A stretch of DNA of 64,000 bases from Hormiphora californensis (taxonomy: Eukaryota; Animalia; Ctenophora): NCBI GenBank assembly GCA_020137815.1, contig CM035358.1, positions 2,108,001 through 2,172,000 on the forward strand, in the 5' to 3' direction. This document shows, one piece after another, positions 59,467 to 64,000 of the stretch. The position numbers and the translations under genes are program-made. Under the pieces are notes generated by a model, which was given only the letters and a program-made list of their open reading frames with translations, did not search any database and was not told the origin of the DNA. Every line of letters begins with the position of its first letter. Within the stretch, counting starts at the first letter, position 1.

Positions 59467-59654
59467 TATAAACTCTGGCCACTGGCGCGTTATTTCAGAT
59501 AACTTTCTCCCAGCGCGCCGCTGGGAGAAGTTAGCTGAAGTTTATCCGCCGCTGGCGGATAAACTGGTTTAAATCACGACGACGATCCCGAGGCGGAGCC
59601 GAGGGAGAGGCGGAGGGGTTTAAACCTATAACGTGCCAGTGGTCAGAGTTTATA
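59467..59654. mobile_element. Short TIR element with internal GC-rich hairpins
   Basis: tataaactctggccactggcgcgttat / ataacgtgccagtggtcagagtttata enclose two stem-loops. Confidence 0.55.
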
Positions 59655-60599
59655 GGTTATATACCCTGCTTTAGTTGTTTATTTCAAGTATTACACACCA
59701 ACAAGAGAGAGAACACTAATCAAAACACTCAAAGAGGACTGAGAAATAGTTAAAACACCTCACAATTGAGTGTACACTGTTTGGTAACAGTCACTAAGCA
59801 GTTGCTAAGGAAAGAGAGTGAAAGAAATAGCCTGATAAGGGGCATGTCACACATAACACAGAGGAAGAGATAGTGAGACAAAAGGGGAGATAAAGAGAGA
59901 GTAATTGACGGAATGTGTCCTTTCTTTCTCTCCAATGTAGTGTGTAAGTGTTGCACATAGTGTTCCCTCTGTATTTTAGTAAGAACTGATCATTTACACA
60001 CACTTTGAATGTTCAAAATAAATAACCTGCCAGTGGGAAATAATCTGCCGCTGGACTGGCTGTTTATTGAGAGCGCGCTAGTGGGACTGGCGGGTTATTT
60101 AAGTTAGCAGGGTATATATATCTCTATCTCTCCCTTCCATCCGCCCCAACACACCACTTTAGGACGTCCCTCCCACCCAACTTGACCTTGTCTCAACAGT
60201 ACCCGCCCCCACCTCCAGGCGTACTGCACTCCAAACCGAAGGGGGAGATGTATTGAACAATATACTCATGTTTTCATCATAACAAAAGATAACTTTCAGC
60301 TTTCAGCCACATGAAATAAGTGTACGAACAAAATAGAACCAGCCAGGGTTCCTTCCAACAAGGGTCGAGCAACAAAATATATTGGTCATAAACGGCTCCA
60401 GAATTCTTGAAGTAGATATATAGAGATATTCTCATTCTATTATTTAAAACACTCTTGCTATTATAACCAAGATGAGTGGGCACATATCTCTAAATCTATC
60501 TAATATCGGCCAAAATATCACTCTAAAATCATGTCCGGCACTCCGCCTGGTATAATGTCGCGCTGCTTCACCTCACCTCACCTCACAATACATGACGCC

Positions 60600-62858
60600 T
60601 CACCTGAGATGAGGTCTGACAATTGAGTTATCTTCCAGCCTCATTGTGACCTGAGACCTCACCAACACCAACTCCATCCCACCTGCTCCATTCTTCTTCC
60701 TGCAATCACACCAAAACCTCCCTACAAACTGTCTCAGACCTCTCAACCTCAGAAAATAAATCACCGCATTGGTGATGGAGTTTAGTAGGGCAGTGTGGAT
60801 GTATATGACATGATATGACATGTAATAAGTTGTAAAGTTTTCCTTCGAGCCCCAGATTGCCGCTCGTCCGGAGGTAAACACATATGCAGCATCTCCCAAA
60901 CACAATATCCACATGGGGAGATTGAACATAATGTAAGTTCCAACAAGCGCTAGAATCGTCACCGTAGCATCTCGTTTCTTCCCCCACTTTTCACCTCCGT
61001 GATGGCTGACTGATGCCTTTCCGTTGTTGCTGGTAGCAGGCCCACAGGAGGAGAATGAGAGGCATGCCCCGCCGTTGTCAATGCGTTTAGAGCACCGTAT
61101 CTGCTCCCGTTGGAGGGATACAAAGGTGGCGAGGGAGAAGGTGACTGCGGGGATGGCGGGGAGAAGGGTCTCACAGACGTATAGGAGGATGTAGAGTACC
61201 TTATCGATCTGAAATATAGAGAAGGGGCTGAGGGATAATGAAATGATCGGAAACAATTTTAAAGCTGGTGACACTGTTGCGTTTTTAAAGGTGGCGGCGC
61301 CAGACCCCCATTTGATTGACAGTCCGATCAGATGGGGTGGCGGCGCCAGACAGTGTAGTATGACAACTCACTACTTACATTACTAATGTCCTGAACCTTG
61401 ATATTTGACACACTGCACCCCAGGAATGGTTCCTTGTACTTGTACTCTTGTTTCACGTACCAATAGTTCATTGTACTCTTGAAGAGTTGTAACGCCAGAT
61501 AGACCACCATTGCAATACCTGGGGAGATCAGGGTTAGCCATGAAAACATACATTACAATACACTAGGGGCTGGAGTTGGAGGGGCATGGGGCTCAGGAAA
61601 AGAAATAACTGTTCTGAACAGTGTTCACTATTACCGATATATCCTCGTTTCATATTCCGAAGCGGGTAAACTAGCCGTCTCCACCGTACAACAGATAGCA
61701 GGGCAATGAGGAAGATTGAGAAGCCATAACCGGTATGCCACACCACTCCCCAAACGTTACAGAACAGTCCACTCTGCGGGGTTGATTTTGGTTTATTGGC
61801 TGCGGGATTTTAGGAACGACAGCTAGAGACAGTGAGACAGACGAACAAACAGAGAAACAAAGAGACAGAGATACCAAGAGACGAAGAGACAGAGAGACAG
61901 ATATATAGATCAGGTATCCTAAACACTTCTAAGTACCTGGAAGATAACAGGCTGTCCACCATTAATCCCTGAAACTGCAGAGAAAATAGACAGGGAACAG
62001 ATCACAAAGTCCGTTAGGGAGATGGAGATAAAGAGAGTATTCGTTGGGCAAGACGGCTTCCTGTGGGGGAGGGGGAGTTAATGTCATATTGCCGGTAGTT
62101 GAAATGTTGTGGAAGTTTTAGAATCATCAAATTCTCCATAGAATCTTCCAATTTTATGTTTATGTTTCCACAGAAATACCGGAATGTTGCGAAACTTTAT
62201 TATAATAAACTTAAACTAACTCTAAGAGGCGAAACTATGACTCATGAAATTGAATAGTACATGTGTTTCCTATATGATATTGGCAGTAGTGGATGTAGTG
62301 GCAAATTCAGTTGTAATTTCTTCTCCAATTAAGGTGTTACTATTCAGTCATAAATTACTCTCGATCAACCCCGATGTAAAGGTCAATTTGCCACTACGTA
62401 ATTTACTTCGTGGAGAGCTGAATACAGTCGGACACGGATTCACCGGAACCCCAATTCACCGGGAGGATAAACTTCTCCCCGACATAGCAAATTAACGGTT
62501 TGCCGGGAAGCCCCCTCAGCTCTCCCCCGAGCATCCCGGTAAATCGGGGTCCGACTGTGCGACCTCCATTCAGCACCCTCTCCTAACAACTCATCCCAAA
62601 GTAAAAGAAGGGTAATTATATCATAGTAACTTCCACTTCCAACTATAGTTTTCGATTTCCCACTCGGGATCACTTCCATCCTTAATAAATACAAAGACTA
62701 AACTTAATTGACACTGTTAATTAATACTCAATTAATTGGTACCTGATAAAGTAAGCTACACAGAGGGCGTTTAATATCGTCCCCACAGTAAACTCAACCG
62801 ATGTTGCCGCACCATTGAGAGCGAAGTAGGTCATCCAGGATGTCGTGTTGTAACCCAT
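60600..62858 (-). CDS. Rhodopsin-class GPCR, 5 exons (62858-62743, 62060-61937, 61773-61635, 61518-61379, 61208-60600), same family as the GPCR at 21686-23032
   Basis: MGYNTT...GTILNALCVAYFI / LFISISLTDFVIC / FCNVW...LLSVVRW..LVYP / LPAIP / KKRDATVTIL...FNLP / LNSITNAVIYFLR. Phases are consistent. Confidence 0.88.
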
Positions 62859-63024
62859 AGCTGTTTAAATAGGGAGAGAGTTGTTAATATTGTAACCTAT
62901 AACTGTTGAAATAGGGAGGGAGTTGTTAATACTGTAACTGCATATCTATTTGAATAGGGAGAGAGTTGTTAATATTGTTCATGTCGATTGTCGGAAAATG
63001 AAATATGTGCCAAAGTGCTACTAT

Positions 63025-64000
63025 ACAGGGTGTCCCATATATTCTCCGGGTCGGTTGGCGAGCTGTCACGCAAAAACGGTGATAGTTGTGTGAAAACAAA
63101 CTGCGGGAGTGTGCTGGATTAATTCCTTCCTAACTGATGGCTTTGTTTTAAAATTAAATTTCAAAAGTTCATTTTTCATGAATGAACATTGCTGCCGTTC
63201 ATTCATGAATTCTGAAATATTGTTTACCTTGAGTAAGTAACTTTTCTTTGGCTCGCAATTATCTTTCCAATGAGCACCATAAAACTCAAATTGAAGCACC
63301 AGGTCACATGACAGTTGAGAAAATGAACATGCATGATTTTGGCTCTTTTTGCGACTTTCAATCGGCTGTATCACCGCTACCTTATCTTCAATCTTTTTGA
63401 AACTTTGGGTGAACATTGGATAAGCAAAGATCTTTGCTCACAAGAAAAATCAAGGTCAAAACTCAAAGTTCATTTTTAAGTTTTGGTAGTTCATTCCACT
63501 CATTCAGGAACCAACAACCCTAAAGTGATGAAAAGTGTTGGATTTTGCTTGGTCCATGTCCTGCAATGACAGAGAGGTGTAGTAACGTGTTTCCGAGCTA
63601 GTTAGTGGGTGCCATGTGATCATGACGATATCTGACACCTTCGTTGAGCAATAATTAAGAGATTTTCTCAAATTAAAGCATGTGATTCGGGTCTTCTGCG
63701 ATTGGTATCGTGCAGCAATCTTGAGAGATCTCATAGCACCTCGAAAATGATGAAAAGTTCAATAAATTGAGTTTATTTATGCTCAATAAGATTAAAACCG
63801 ATGCCACATTGAACTCAACGACCATTTTCGATAATAAATCAACTCATTTCATTGAACTAACCATCATTTTCGAGGGGCTATGAGATCTCTTAACATTGCT
63901 GCACGATACCAATCGCAGAAAACTCAAATCACATGCTTGAATTCGAGAAAATCCCTTAATTATTACTCAACGAAGGTGTCAGATATCACCATGATCACAT
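63025..64000. mobile_element. Tc1/mariner-type foldback element running off the window
   Basis: Starts TA|CAGGGTGTCCC; 63614-63780 is an imperfect reverse complement of 63833-64000. Confidence 0.65.

Noticed and set aside
62244-62333. Plus-strand peptide YMILAVVDVVAN resembling GPCR TM2, suggesting an inverted exon
   Set aside because: A proper TM2 exon exists on the minus strand at 62060-61937 with correct phases.

Overview
Eukaryotic (animal) genomic DNA, intron-rich and heavily loaded with (GA/TC)n microsatellites. The GPCR family style suggests a ctenophore, but this is inference only. Most SLSL/ERER ORFs in the track are microsatellite artefacts. By manual exon reconstruction, the + strand carries, in order: an FN3-type exon; the 3' end of an Ig-like GPI-type surface protein gene with two paralogous alternative last exons; GAS8/DRC4; NUP43; codanin-1 (CDAN1); BRD7/9; and the 5' part of a TM + NIT-domain gene, probably a NIT-guanylyl cyclase. 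The minus-strand genes lie inside introns: an intronless GPCR and an intronless ELOVL in GAS8 intron 1, and a 5-exon GPCR in a presumed intron of the NIT gene. Mobile DNA comprises two LINEs embedded in (TC)n tracts and many non-autonomous TIR elements. The most unusual signals are: (1) repeated tandem amplification of splice junctions, up to 22-24 donor copies in a row, some fully in frame; (2) a splice acceptor immediately upstream of every start codon, consistent with trans-splicing and possibly a nested GPCR-ELOVL dicistron; (3) swappable half-Ig/GPI terminal exons; (4) multiplied ASF1-binding B-domain-like motifs in codanin-1. Exon coordinates were read by eye and may be off by a few bases.
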